From: Octopus vulgaris
Taxonomy: Eukaryota
Assembly (NCBI GenBank): GCA_951406725.2
Contig: OX597822.1
Coordinates: 14,198,001-14,262,000, forward strand
DNA length: 64,000 bases
Direction of reading: 5' to 3'
This document shows positions 41,130 to 54,204 of this stretch, piece after piece. Below the pieces are notes generated by a model. That model was not told the DNA's origin. It did no database searches and worked only from the letters and a program-made list of their open reading frames with translations. Each line of letters begins with the position of its first letter. The stretch's first letter is position 1. Position numbers and translations under genes: made by a program.

Positions 41130-43600
41130 ATGCAGCATAGAAAACATAAAGATGAAAAACAAGAAAGGGTTCCCCCAAAACATAGGGCTATTCATGACAC
41201 TTTTGACACACCAACCATTAAGGCCTTCTCGAAGATATGCCGCCAGCTTACAGCCACATAGAATAGAGTCAATTAACCGCACCGGTTTTACCATTTACTC
41301 CTGACTTTCACGAAACTTTCTGGAGGCTACATTTTGCTCTCTACACTCAAATTTCCCTTCAAATGATCCTTAAGGGGTTGAGAAGGTCTTAGCCTTAAAG
41401 GAAAAAAAGAAGAGCATCCTGAAACCTTCTACTCTTGTCCCCCACACAATTGTCTTCGCAGAAGTTACAAGACAGGGCAACACAACTCGCTCTTTCGTAT
41501 TTCTTGTGTGTTACCAATCAATTCCTATTCACGGGACACCTTTACTGCTATGCAGTTGATGTGAAGGGAAGGAGTGCCTTAATGATTAGGGTATTCAGCT
41601 CAGGATCACAAGGTCATGAGTTTGAATCCCGACGGCTCGCAGTGTCCTTGAACAAGACACTTTATTTCATGTAGCTCCAGACCACTCAACTGGGAAAAAT
41701 GGGTTGTACGCTGTATTTCAAAGGGCCAGTTTTCTCGCACTCTGTGTCAAGCTGAATCTCTGTGAGAACTATGCTAAAGGTACGCGTGTTTGTGGAGTAC
41801 TCAGCCATTTGCACCTAGGCTGCTCTGTTGATCAGATCAACTGGGGCCCAGGTCGTCGTAACCGACGGAATGCCAGTTTCTTTTTAATGTAGTTGATATA
41901 TGTGGACTGCCTGCATGGTGTTTCTCTGTCTCGTTTTCTTATGGGTAGCTTCAACACTTTGTACCTGGGGCAATGGCTTTAAGAACCAACACTTAGAGGC
42001 CGGCTGGTAGCGGACACCAAAGACAAATAAATCGAGTGGTTAGAAACGATTTTGATATGTGACCATTTAGTATAATCACCAAGATGTTGCTGTACATTGA
42101 ACCGATTTAAGGCCTGAAGACAGGACTGAAACTGATCACATTGAGAACAAGCATCAAGTATCGATAGTCAGCCCTAGTCATAGCCTCGGGTTGATCCAGA
42201 AAGATCAATAATCAACTAAAGCCGATGGATTTGCAGGATGGTTTTGTAGCCCAACATACATTTCGGACAGGTTCGGCCGTTAGCACTTCTGTCTCTGTAG
42301 AGCTTATCTCGAACAAGTAATGCATTTATCGCTATAGCAATGCCATGCCAAGGATTTCTCTGTAGTCTTTTGTCTTTTGTCGCCAATGCCTAGAATCTTT
42401 CCCACGCCGTCGTTGCACATAGCCTCTACTACCTCTCTTTAGAATGCAAAAGTTGTTTTCCTATCGATAGCATTGTTCGCCTGGTAGAGCGCCGGTGCCA
42501 AACACCCAACAACAGTATGTGTATTTGACCCATGATTGCATGCGGTTAAAGGAACGGGCTTACGTGCCACACGAATGCAGCCACCACAGTATGCCTTCAT
42601 TTTCATTGTTGTTCCAGCCGTTGTAATGGTCCAGAAACTTTTTCAGAAGAGTCAGTCTCACAGCCTGTCTACGTTTCATCAGTGTCGACATTCCAAGACT
42701 ACTACGGAGCGAATGTTAACAGCCTGATGAACCCTTCGACCAGTGCAATCTGTTTCTTCGATATCATGCACTTCAATGTTTCTCGGACCGAAGTAAAATG
42801 GTCAGGCTGTAACCCCCTACCCCCGGAAGCAAAACAGGTATGAGCTACTTTCATTCGATCCTTAATCCTCTTGGCACATTTTCTAAATGAGACAGTACAC
42901 TCTCCTTTCTCGCCAACTTTTCTCAGTTCCTACCCTCTCAAGTGGTTTCCGGCCGAACCAGATTGAAAACACTTTAACCGGACTCTCGACCCAGCTGTAG
43001 AAATTACTTTTGACCATCTTGGACAGGCTTCTGCAGGGGCCAAGTTGTAAGCCAACCGATTTGTTTTAATTGTCTGCCCCGTACCCGCCAGGAATACTTT
43101 CAAGTATGATGCCAACCACTTGTATCTCATAAGTTCCCGACATCATGATGTTAGCATCATCAACGCATACAAACATGGCCTTCCTATGATCCAGTTCAAT
43201 CGGGTTGCCTGACAAAGTATCCACCCTCAGTGACAAAAGCTCCAGAGCCCAAATATACAGCTTATGGAGGCGAGGGGTATCTTTGTTGGATTGGGAATTT
43301 GACGCTAAATGGTTCCGAGAGGCGGTTTAGTTTGAATACTGAACAGAACTTGCTATGAATTTAATGATCCAGTCTCTTAAAACCATTGTACTTAGGACAA
43401 TTGCAAGGTATCGATAATTGATTAATTATCGAAGCTTTGGACTAATTTAAATAGACAAGCCACCGACCAAAGGAAGATCTTTTCTCTGTCCACTGTACGA
43501 TGTGTTAGAGGAACTGGAGGCTGTCGAGGATAGAACTTCAGGCATCGCAGAAACTTACGCGTCCCCATCGACATTAATGAGGGAAGAGACAACCTCTTAC
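41130..43600 (-). mobile_element. Tx1/L1 LINE RT, zf-RVT and C-terminus, degenerate, with SINE insertion
   Basis: SILDSL (SIHDNL), LN*SKA (LDQSKAFD), LYIWALE, CVDD (YADD), LLVRDKLYR..TCPKC, and CLVTSAKTIVWGTR. Confidence 0.75.
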
Positions 43601-43715
43601 AGAGCAGCAGCAGCAGCAGCAGCAGCACAGCTACTGTAGTTGTAGTGTGACTGTTAGTAGTGTGGAACAAGAAGAAGAACAATAACAACAACAACATCCG
43701 TAATGTTTGACATAC

Positions 43716-43859
43716 CAGGAGGCGCTGGTGTAGAGGATGACGCTGCTCTACTGAGTTCCTTAATGTATTGCTTGTTAAGTTTCAGCTTTCGATCAGTCTT
43801 CTCAATTTGCTGGACGGTCCTTGGGATCCGAATATCGATACAACAACAAGTTATGACGA
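43716..43859 (-). CDS. TMIE: TMIE-like gene, cytoplasmic juxtamembrane exon: (I)VITCCCIDIRIPRTVQQIEKTDRKLKLNKQYIKELSRAASSSTPAPP(G)
   Basis: Acceptor tctctgtttgtgtttgcag, donor CTG|gtatgt, 144 nt, phase 1-1. Matches TMIE ITLCCVFNCRVPRTRKEIE...Y..L. Confidence 0.92.
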
Positions 43860-44220
43860 CTGCAAACACAAACAGAGATAAGGAACAATTCATTGAGAAA
43901 TATTAACAATTGAAAGATATCCGGCGAATTAGTAAACACAAATATTATAGTAATTGAGGGCGGCAAGCTGGCAGAATCGTTATCGCGGACGGGAAAATGC
44001 TTAGCGGCATTTCGTCCGTCTTTACGTTCTGACTTCAAATAGCGTCGAGGGCGACTTTGATTTTCATAATTTCGGAGTCTATGAAATACATACCAGTTGG
44101 ACACTGGGGTCGATGTAATCGACTACCCCCCCACCACCACCACTAAAAAATTCCTGGCATTGCGCCATAGTTTGAAACTAAATTTACCGAATTTGATGGC
44201 ATATAAGATGCATTCTATTT

Positions 44221-44535
44221 ACATTATTTACATTTGACGGATATTTGTCCACGGGCATATGGCGTAGTGGTTAAGAGCGCATAGTACTAACCTCAAGATT
44301 CCGAGTTCGATTCCAAGCAGTGACCATATTTAATAATAATAATAATAATGATAATAATAACATCGAAAAATACCTTAGGAATGAGAACGCAGGTTCGAAA
44401 TTTCTCCCAAGACACCTGAAGAAGGCTGGAGGGTATATCAGTTGAAACGTTGCGTTAACAAGAAACAAGATGAGGACAAATATACGTCAAATGTAAACAA
44501 TGTACATAATTCCTCATCTCTTAAATATAGGACTG
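44221..44535 (+). mobile_element. tRNA-headed SINE with a hammerhead-containing Penelope-like tail
   Basis: A box TGGCGTAGTGG, B box GTTCGATTCC, hammerhead at 44411-44456, inverted copy of its tail at the 5' end, and a 17-bp TSD (44204-44220 / 44536-44552, 15/17 identical). Confidence 0.8.
44411..44456 (+). ncRNA. Minimal type I hammerhead motif
   Basis: GACAC-CTGAAGA-A-GGCTG-GAGGGTATAT-CAGTT-GAAAC-GTT-GCGTT. Confidence 0.65.
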
Positions 44536-44609
44536 TAAGATGCATTTTGTTTCCAAATAAATGTCTTAAAAAATTCCCTCCGGGTCCTATATGCAGAGCT
44601 GGGCCGTAA

Positions 44610-45008
44610 TCTTTATATATAAAAGTCAAGTTGTGTGTCTGTCTCCTACGATTTAGATTCCTAACTACTCCCACATTTTGCGGTGCAGTGTAACCAAAAC
44701 CGGGTGTCTTATAGTCGTGATTCATATCGAGCCCTTCTGGGTATTAGCGCGCGTCTACGATGAGTCTACGATTTTAAAAATAATTTACCATCATTTTTTT
44801 CCATTTTAATGCATTTTTTCGCTATTATATAAGGGAAGTAACTCTCTAAAAATGTCTACGATGAGTCAACGATTTAAAAAAAAAATTTACCATAATATTT
44901 TTTTCCATTTTTAATGCATTTTTTGTTATTTTTTGGCTATAACTCTCTAAAAATGCTTATATAGTTATTTCCCTTACAAACCCGAGCAACGCCGGGCGAT
45001 ACTGCTAG
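44610..45008 (+). mobile_element. Non-autonomous Helitron-like element
   Basis: A|TC...CTAG|T with hairpin; contains an internal tandem duplication of about 100 bp. Confidence 0.87.
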
Positions 45009-45567
45009 TCTTAAATATATAAAAACGCTTTTCTCTCCTGCTTATGCGCTACTGGAATTGTGAGTGCGTTTGATACGCTAGTACACATTTTATGCCGTCG
45101 TATCTGGTGCATTCTTTTCTTACAGCTTAGAAGTCTCCAAACTATAACATCCCCTCTTCAGTTCGATAGCAGTGGCCAGCAAAGCAGACCCAAGCTTGAG
45201 CAATAACTGTAGATACAAAACTTTGGCGCAAAGTCAGAAATTATAAGGGCCGGAAATTACACCGATCCCAGAGTCCAAATGGCACTTATTTTATCGATTC
45301 CGAAGGGAAAAGAAGCAAAGTCGATCTCGGTAGAATTTGAACCTAGCAGTATCTCTATCTGCCGCTAAGTACTTTGCTCGACTTTGTCTCTCTCTCATTA
45401 TATATATATATATTGGCCTGCTCGCTTAGCGAGCGGGGGGTGACGTCATTTGAAGGCTAAAACAATGCGAAGCGCATTGTGACCAGCGATGTGTAGCAAC
45501 ATCTGATAGTCTGGTCGATCACAGTGATATATATATATGTATGGATATATAGATAGATAAATGGAAA

Positions 45568-45615
<48 letters not shown>

Positions 45616-45860
45616 CGAGTGGGAGAGAGAGAATGCAGTGATGGTATGTGAAAAAGCAGGTTAGTGATGATCTGCAAAACGATATCCTGCTGTTATTAAT
45701 GTATGTTGAAACATGAGTATATATGGTTATACATCATGATTACAGTTTTATGACTGTCTCAACGCATGATAGTTTTGAGACCACACACGGCCTAAGTCTT
45801 TTCTATCTATCTATCGATCTATCCATCCATCCATCCATCCATCCATCCATCCATCCATCC

Positions 45861-45969
<109 letters not shown>

Positions 45970-46017
45970 CCAACCATTAAGAACCTTTATGTGTGTGTGT
46001 GTGTATGTGTGTGTATA

Positions 46018-46041
46018 TCTATATATACAAAACTGAGAATG

Positions 46042-46100
<59 letters not shown>

Positions 46101-47059
46101 GTGTTTCCCTAAAACTTGAGAACTACACAACCAATTTCATTCGAATTTTACACATGCCTTACTTAGGGTCCGGGGAGTGTCATCGGCAAAACAACTGTTC
46201 AACTTCTTGCCTAGAGCGAGCCCATAGCAATATCATATCTTCTCCACTATTTCAGTATTACGTGTTAAAAGTGAAACAAAAACATTTCTCTATTTTATGT
46301 CAGATACTTTCACTTTAACAATAAAAATAATAATAACAATTGAATTCTATGTAGTAAGTAATAATTAAAATCAAACTAAAGTATAATATAATCGTAACAT
46401 AACAAAAATAAAAATAGCAATTGGTATAAAATTGCATCAATGACTTGAACTTGAATAAGTGGTTTCACATGAATGGGAATAAATTAAAAATAAAATTAGC
46501 GTGCAGAAATGGAATAGTCCAGATGGATAATAAAAAATTAAATTAAAGAAAAGACTATTGTCTATAAAGTATACAATGTAGAGAAATAAGATTTGAACAC
46601 CTGGAGGAAAGCACCTTCGAAAAGTGTCTTGGTGCGACTATGAAAAATATCTAACCAGAGGCGGTAAATTCGCCACAATAGAAGCAAGGTTCGACTCGAA
46701 CTTGCAAAGTGGAAATATTTTATTTCCACCTTTATATCTGGGATGTAGGACGTGCCGGATAAAAATTTAAAATGCCCCCCTCTCCCCAGAAGTTGAGGTA
46801 GGCTGGGTTGTAGCCACACTTCTATACAAGAGGGAGGACAAGATACAATTGATCGAAATTGCAAGAGACGGGCTAACAATTCCAGTCTGTTATATATTTT
46901 GAGTATTGTTATCACTAGCGATATCAAGATATAACTTTGTATTTTGTATTTTATGTGTAGATGTATATATATAGATGTACATGTAATATGTACACATATA
47001 TATAACCATATATACATCCACTAGCACTATGACCTGGCAACGACGGGTCATAATGCTAG
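46018..47059 (+). mobile_element. Non-autonomous Helitron-like element
   Basis: A|TC start followed by (GTCT)n; terminal hairpin TATGACC..GGTCATA; CTAG|T end. Confidence 0.75.
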
Positions 47060-47916
47060 TATATATATATATATATAAATGCATTCATATAGACGATATA
47101 GGTATACATACATACATTTTTCTCTGCGCGCGTGCATGTGTGAGTGTGTCACGTGTGTGTGACACACGCACACATACATACACACATATACATACATGTA
47201 AAATAAAAAAGTTAAAGGAGTGGGACAGGCAATATGAAAGCTATATATGATTATAAACATACATACATACATATCCTGTTGTTGATGTTGAAATTCCAAT
47301 GAAGGAACCTTGGATCTAGGTTAGAAACCGGTTCTTTCTCTATTGGTAAGAAATCTTGAAATAAAACTGAATAATGACATACAGACACACATACATATCA
47401 TGCATATATACATACATATATACATGCATACATAGACACACACAAACACAGGCGCACAAACATACACACTCACACAGACACCTGTGTGTGAAGGTGCGTA
47501 GCTTAGTGGCCAGGGTGTTGCACTAATGATCGCAATTCCATGAGTTCGATTCCCAGACCGGGTGGCGCTTTGGGTTCTTGAGCAAAATCCTTCATTTCAC
47601 GTCTCTGCAGTCCACTCAGCTGTCAATGGGACACTACCCTGCGACGGAATAGCTTTCCAATCAGGCGGGATGTTGGTCATGCTCACCTAGCCAGCGGGGT
47701 GGTGTCATTCGAAAGCTCAAAAAAAGACAATGTAAAAGCGCATTGTAACCAGCGATGTATAACAACTTCAGGTAGGCTGGTGGATCACGCGATCACGTGA
47801 TAATATGTATAAGGAACGAGTCAACACACAGATTTTGTAAATAATGGTAACAGTGTTGAAATAATGTTAGTGGACCATAGTGTATAAAACACAAACGTAC
47901 CACCACCACCACCACC

Positions 47917-47948
<32 letters not shown>

Positions 47949-48053
47949 CAACAACAACACCACTATTATCTACAACAATAATAATAACCCTTTGAAAAGT
48001 TACCCTGTGATATTGCAGTCAATACCCTCGAGCCATTCCCCACCCCGCCTCAC

Positions 48054-48398
48054 CGAAAATGTCTGATAAATGAAGGGGTCAGGTCATTTGTCGAGGGTCC
48101 GTTTCGTCATATTGGCATTTGTAAGCCGGAAGGTGGAGGATGGCGGCCGGCAGGCGACGGTGTGTGTGCGCGTGTGTGTGCTTGGCTGTTGTAGGTAACG
48201 GGTGGAATAAGGGTGAAACGAGACAGGGCGGGGGTGGACGGGAGTGGGGCGCGGCGGGTTCGGGGATCGTTGAAACGTTGTTCGTGTCGTTGGTGGGATT
48301 AACAGGATGGATAATCTAAAATAGATATATCAAAACAGGAACGGCATAAGCAAATACCGCAGGAAAAGAGGCCGCCGTCAACATCACCAGCCCCACCG

Positions 48399-48430
<32 letters not shown>
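48054..48430. promoter_or_regulatory. CpG/GC-rich unique island inside a TMIE intron
   Basis: GC box GGGCGG, YY1-like GATGGCGGCC, GGGTCAGGTCA and (CCG)n; contrasts with the AT-rich background. Confidence 0.35.
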
Positions 48431-48442
<12 letters not shown>

Positions 48443-48852
48443 ACCACCACCACAACAACAACAACAATATGCTCCAGCAGCAACAACAGCAGCAGATACA
48501 ACGAGAGCCCCAGCCACCACAGCAAAACAAGATGCCGCCACCACCACCACCACCGCCACCACTCATCACAACTAACTCAACAATAGCCACAACAACAACA
48601 ACAGCAGCTACAGCAATAACCACTGACAGCAAAACAACAGCAAAATAGGCCGACACAACTATCATCACTCAACAACAACAACTACCACAATGGTTGCAAC
48701 AACCACTGGAGCACCCCCTTTAGTAGAACAAATCGACCCCAAGTCTTATTCTTTGTTAGCCCAGTACTTATTTTATCGGTTTGTTTTGACGAACCACTAA
48801 GTTACGGGGACGTAAACACACCAGCATCGGGTGTCAAGCAATGTTGGGGGGA

Positions 48853-48893
<41 letters not shown>

Positions 48894-49762
48894 ACACACA
48901 CATATATATATGTATATATGACGGGCTTCTTTCAGTTTCTGTCTACCAAATCCACTCACAAGGCTTTGGTCGGCCCGAGACTATAGTAGAAGACACTTGC
49001 CCAAGGTGCCACGCATTTGGAACTGAAATAGTAAGTATTAAAATAAAATTGTATGATATGGTGTGATGTATATTAGGATTTGATGAATTGCGTGGGGACT
49101 TCTATCTTTAAATGACATGTATTTCCTTATCGAGAATAATTCAACTTATTTGAATCCCTGTGAGGCTGGAATTTTTATTCCCTAATAAATAATTATTATA
49201 CATATATATATGTATATATATTCATACATACATATATATATATTATTTTATTTATTAGGGAATATATATATATAATTTTTATCCCCGTAAAAACGCATTT
49301 TTCATGCAGAATTTAAGTGAACTGCTCGAAAAAGCATCGCTAGTGTAGAAAATAGGCAAAGTTTCGTGTACAGTATGTGCGCGTGTGTATGTCCATCAAG
49401 ATCTAAGTTTATTAGTCACCAGCGGACCTACAAGTCTAAAGTGTAATTTTGTCTGTGTGCCCAATGTTCTTAATGGTCAGCCGTATAATATTATTGTAAA
49501 TGTTATTTTGAGTGAATGTCCGGAGATTTATAGCTGGGAGATGTTCCATGTGTTTATAAATGTATTTTGTTATATTTATATTCTTGTTATTATTGATGAT
49601 TATATTCAGAAGAAATGTAATTCCCATATTGTAATTAAACATATGTAAAACTGAATTAAGATGCTACCACATATTCCGGTCTTTGTTTAATATGTGTGCG
49701 TGCGTGTGTGTTTGTTAGTGTGTGTGTATTATATATATCTATGTATATATATATTTAATATA

Positions 49763-49990
49763 TTTTAATATTCTCCCAAAGAGTCTGGGGAACTTGCACA
49801 AAGTAGATGTAAGGGTTTTTAAATCAAAGCTGGACCTCTTCCTGTCGAGAGTCCCAGATGAACCTACCTCACGGCAAGAGGTGTAAATGAAGGTAGCTAT
49901 ATCAAAGTCCATGATCCACCAAGTGCCATATTAGAGGAGGCTCTTAGTAATGACAGTGTAGCAAAACGGTGGTGCATCAGCATGGCCGCT
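49763..49990 (+). mobile_element. CR1/L2-group LINE 3' end
   Basis: FNILPKSLGNLHKVDVRVFKSKLDLFLSRVPDEP fits the FNxLP..FKxxLD C-terminal motif. Confidence 0.75.
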
Positions 49991-50304
49991 CCACGTTTTT
50001 GTATTTCATTATTGTTTTTTGTTTTTTATATTCGTGTGGCACCGTCCGTTTTGCTGTCTTTGTGTTCGTATGCATTCGATCCTTCTTCCAGGAAATCTAC
50101 GCTCCTAGCTTAGTTTTTCTAATGCTCGTTGCTTAGTTTTTCCTGGAGGGCTGGCCGTTTCTAGTAATCTCAAGATTAATCAGCCGAAATTACTACGATG
50201 ATCCGGTTCTTGACTGAAGACTGAGGGCTTCGAATGTCCTGTCTGTGTTTGTTGTATCGTCTTCTAAGTTTTTAGCGTTCTTGTCTCAGTTTGTATTTTT
50301 CTAC

Positions 50305-50363
<59 letters not shown>

Positions 50364-51017
50364 GGGGCAGGCAACAGGTTGCTTGGCCGCATACCGAAAA
50401 AATTAGAAATGGCAGCCATAGACTGTTTATTTCTATTCTCTACAAATGGGACTCCCCATACGACATATCCATGCAATTCACATATGCAAAACAGAAGGAA
50501 TAAATAACGAAAACAGTTGCTTGCCCCTTTTATTTATATACAATATATATACACTGAACTTCACAGAAGTTCCTACCGTTAATGGTTATATTTACATGCC
50601 GAAATCTACCAGTGAATAATTATTGTTTTTTTAAAAACCATTAAAGAAATTATTTACTCTTATTACATATATATATATATATATAAGTATTTCCCCACCA
50701 CCATTACCACCCATTTATCTCACCAATTGACGACTAGTGTTAGTTTGCTTACGTCCGTGTAATAAAGCGGTTCGACAAAAGAGACTAATAGAATAAGTAC
50801 GAGAATAAAAAATAATCCAGCGTAAACACTGGGGGCGATTTGTTTGAATAAAACGCTTGAGTGCGGTGCCCCAGTTTGGCCGCAGTCCAATGGCAGAAAC
50901 ATATAAGCACATTTAAAAAGACTGACTGGTCCCAGTTCGTCCTCGGCCTGCTCCATCAGAACCGACCCCACGTTAAACAACAACAAACATTCTATGGAAG
51001 TTTCTATGCTTACTTAC

Positions 51018-51168
51018 TGACAATCAAGATTAAGAGAATGGCTAATGCGGCAATATGCCAGATTCTGAGGCCCGCTTCTGGTATGACCACCGACTCGATC
51101 GAAAATTCTGTTGTGGGTGGAACTGTCGTCGATCGGGTTGTGTCAGCCTGTTTGGCAGCATCGAGGGA
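51018..51168 (-). CDS. TMIE: TMIE-like gene, transmembrane exon: SLDAAKQADTTRSTTVPPTTEFSIESVVIPEAGLRIWHIAALAILLILIV(I)
   Basis: Acceptor ctttgttatttctag, donor GTCA|gtaagt, 151 nt, phase 0-1. ESVV..GLRIWHI matches TMIE ETVV..DMRLWHV, followed by a hydrophobic helix. Confidence 0.92.
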
Positions 51169-51247
51169 CTAGAAATAACAAAGTAATATTTAGAAAGGAG
51201 TAAAATAATTAAAAGGGAAGTGGAGGTGAATAATGATAATAATAATA

Positions 51248-51616
51248 AAAAGAGCATTCAGAGAGTACAAACTTTTGCCAAGGTAACACCAATGTCCTCT
51301 CAGCGATTAGCCGGAGATGATTTTTAAAATGAGAATATCTGAAATAAACTCGACTGCTCTCACAAACGTGAATACTAAAAATGAACCCGACCGCTCTCAA
51401 AAAAAAAAAAAACCCCCAGAAAATTATTCCAGAATCCTTGTCTGGTACTGGAATCGATCCCAAAATCTAATCAGTTCGTGCTAGTCACGAGTCCAAACAT
51501 CCCTGAAAGTTTCATCGGAATCCATCCAGCAGTTCTTGAGATTTCTTGTCTACACACAAACAAACAAACAAATGATTGAAAACAATACCTCCGCCTCCTC
51601 TAAGGCGGGGGTAATA
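51248..51616 (-). mobile_element. Probable Helentron/HINE-like non-autonomous element
   Basis: Minus strand starts TTATTACCCCCGCC..GGCGGAGGTA (short IR) followed by (TTTG)n. Confidence 0.45.
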
Positions 51617-51920
51617 AAAGATAGATACCATCCTCTTAAGTCCGAAATAGCCCGGCTATGGAAAATGAAATAGGTGAAGATAGTGCCAATTATTGTTGGG
51701 TCCTTGGGGACAGTGTCAGAAGGCATCCAGGGGGAATATAAAGGAAATTGGAATAGAATGTCCAGTAGAACTCTTACAAAAGGTTTGCCTTCTTGGCACG
51801 GCCAGAATAATCAGGAAAGTATTAGCTGAAAGGAATGGAAATCATGGTACCGTAGGCTGCAGGTAGTTAGCCCGCCACGCATGCAAGGCTCCAGGAGCTA
51901 CAAAAAACCTGTGATACAGA

Positions 51921-51971
<51 letters not shown>

Positions 51972-53387
51972 TATTGATCATGTTGTCTCCAAGTGCAGTC
52001 TTCTAGCGCATACAGAGTATCTCAACAGGCATGATAGAGCTGCACAATATATTCACTGGGTAATTTGTAAAAACCTGGATTTGCCCCATGAAAAAAAACT
52101 GGTGGGAACACAAACCACCTCCAGTGCTTGAAAATGACCACACCTCACTCCTCTGGAACTTCACCGTTCAAACTGACAGAAAGATAGATGCAAATAGGCC
52201 AGACATCATATTGAAAGACTTCAGACAAAGAACATGCCTCCTCATTGATATGACTGTCTCAATCGATATAAACGTATCTGTCAAGACCTACCAAAAACTG
52301 AGCAAATATAAAGATCTTGAAATAGAAATCAGCAAAATGTGGAACCTGAAGACTAAAACAATACCTGTTGTCATAGGTGCCCTGGGAATGATACCAAAAG
52401 GGGCTGATTGCTACCTAAACTCAGATACCAGGAAAGCCCAAAATGGCAGAAATTCAAAAGATAGTGCTCATGGGAACTGCTCATATCCTACGCAAAATAC
52501 TTTCTATGTCATCTCAAGTTTTAAAACAAACATAATTTTTCTTTTTAGACATTCACTAGTACAACACTAAATACAAAACCAAATATATGGCACACTAGGC
52601 ATAACAACAACATGAACTTCCAACCTGTTGTCTCTTGAGGTCTCTGGGTGAGACTTGGAGCCAACTTGTACAGACGTAAAGCAAAAGTCAAACATAGAAT
52701 AATAATAATAATAATAATCTATGCTGGATCATAGATATAGCATGCCCAGCTGATAACATGGTATGCGATAAAGAAGAAAGAAAAGTCGATGGATATAACG
52801 GGTTAGCTTGGGAGGTTAAGCAGTTGTGGTCGATGAAAAAGGTGGCAGTAGTACCAATAATTGTCGGAGCCCTGGGAACAGTGAGTAAAAATCTTGAGAA
52901 GTACATGAAACAAATAGGGGCTGCAATAAGGGTGGAGCATTTGCAGAAAAGAGTACTGCTTGGAACTGCTGGAATACTCCGGATGGTGCTCGAAAATTTA
53001 GGGGTGTTACCTTAGTTCACTGGTAGTGAACAGCTGACACTCTAGCACGTCTCCAGTGTTAGAAGCTGTGCAAAGACAATAAAACAACAACAATAATAAT
53101 AATAATTCTTAAACATTCTCTAGAAAAACACTATGTACAAAACCAAATATATGGCACCATAGGCATAACACCAACATGAACTTCTAACTTGTTGTCTCTT
53201 GAGGTTTCTGGGTGAGACTTGGAGCCAACTTGTACAAATGTAAAGCAAAAGTCAAACATAAAACAAAGATGATAACAACAACAACAACAAAAATATTAAT
53301 AATGATAATAATAATAATAATAAATAAAATAGACAAAACAGCAGAAAGTGATAAGTGCAGAATCTGTGGACAAAACGGTGAAACCCA
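51617..53387 (+). mobile_element. Stack of Dong/R4 LINE 3' fragments separated by (AAT)n
   Basis: IVPIIVGSLG (~51617-51921); HVVSKC..RHD, NRPDII, LLIDMTV and PVVIGALG (51972-52697); VVPIIVGALG..LLGTA (52719-53079, near-identical to ~4003-4352); CRICGQNGET fragment (53325-53387). Confidence 0.87.
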
Positions 53388-53747
53388 ACTCACGATCTTG
53401 CGATCGTGGGGCAAGTACACTAACCACTATTCCACGCATATTCATAACAACAATAATCCTTTTTACTAAAGGCACAAGGCCTGAAATTTGTGTGTGTTTG
53501 GGGGGGGGGTTAAGCCGATTACATCGACCCCAGTGTTTCAGTGGTACTTAATTTATCGACCCCGAAAGGATGAAAGACAAAGTCGACCACGACAGAATTG
53601 AAACTCAGAACGTAACGGCAGACGAAATACTAAGCAGTATTTCGTCCAGCGTGCTAACGATTCTGCCAGCTTGCCGTCTTTTGACAACAATTGTAAGAAG
53701 AAAAACAACTATCAAGACTATAGAGTTATTAGAAATATGGTATTTAC

Positions 53748-53780
53748 CTGCTTCTCTGTGGACTCCACGTTCCAGACAAA
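53748..53780 (-). CDS. Candidate 33-nt micro-exon of the TMIE-like gene: FVWNVESTEKQ
   Basis: ccttcag|TTT...CAG|gtaaat, phase 0-0, open frame, unique sequence between repeats. Confidence 0.5.
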
Positions 53781-54117
53781 CTGAAGGCTAACATATGAAA
53801 TCATTGGGACCAATTCAAGAATTCTGGAAAATTCCATGAATTAATTCTTCCGCTTCACTTTAGGTTTCGGGTTTTATAATCTTTTTTTTTATGTTTCTCG
53901 TTTTCTTCTTTTTATTGTTTATTTCAGTTGTTTTTGCTTTCGTTTCTTTTTTATGCTTCTATCTTTCTTTTTTGCTTCTTTCTTGTGGAATATCACTGAA
54001 AGTTTGAGTTGAAAAAAATTATATATACGCTCACATGTACACAAAACACACACACACACACACATACACACTCACACACATATGCACAAGAACATATATA
54101 TGTAGATATGGATGTAT

Positions 54118-54148
<31 letters not shown>

Positions 54149-54204
54149 CATACATTATATATATATATATATATACATACATTATATATATATATATGTA
54201 CATA

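Noticed and set aside
43422-43600. Coding-looking sequence just after the TMIE exon
   Set aside because: It translates as degenerate Tx1 RT motifs continuous with the 41130-43600 element.
44253-44325. tRNA genes (also 32853 and 59540)
   Set aside because: A/B boxes only, without a full cloverleaf; these are SINE heads.
46562-47017. 151-aa ORF
   Set aside because: Lies inside a Helitron-like element, is low complexity and has no recognisable domain.
47296-47346. AATGAAG..GAAACCGGTT hammerhead-like sequence
   Set aside because: The CUGANGA core is not intact.
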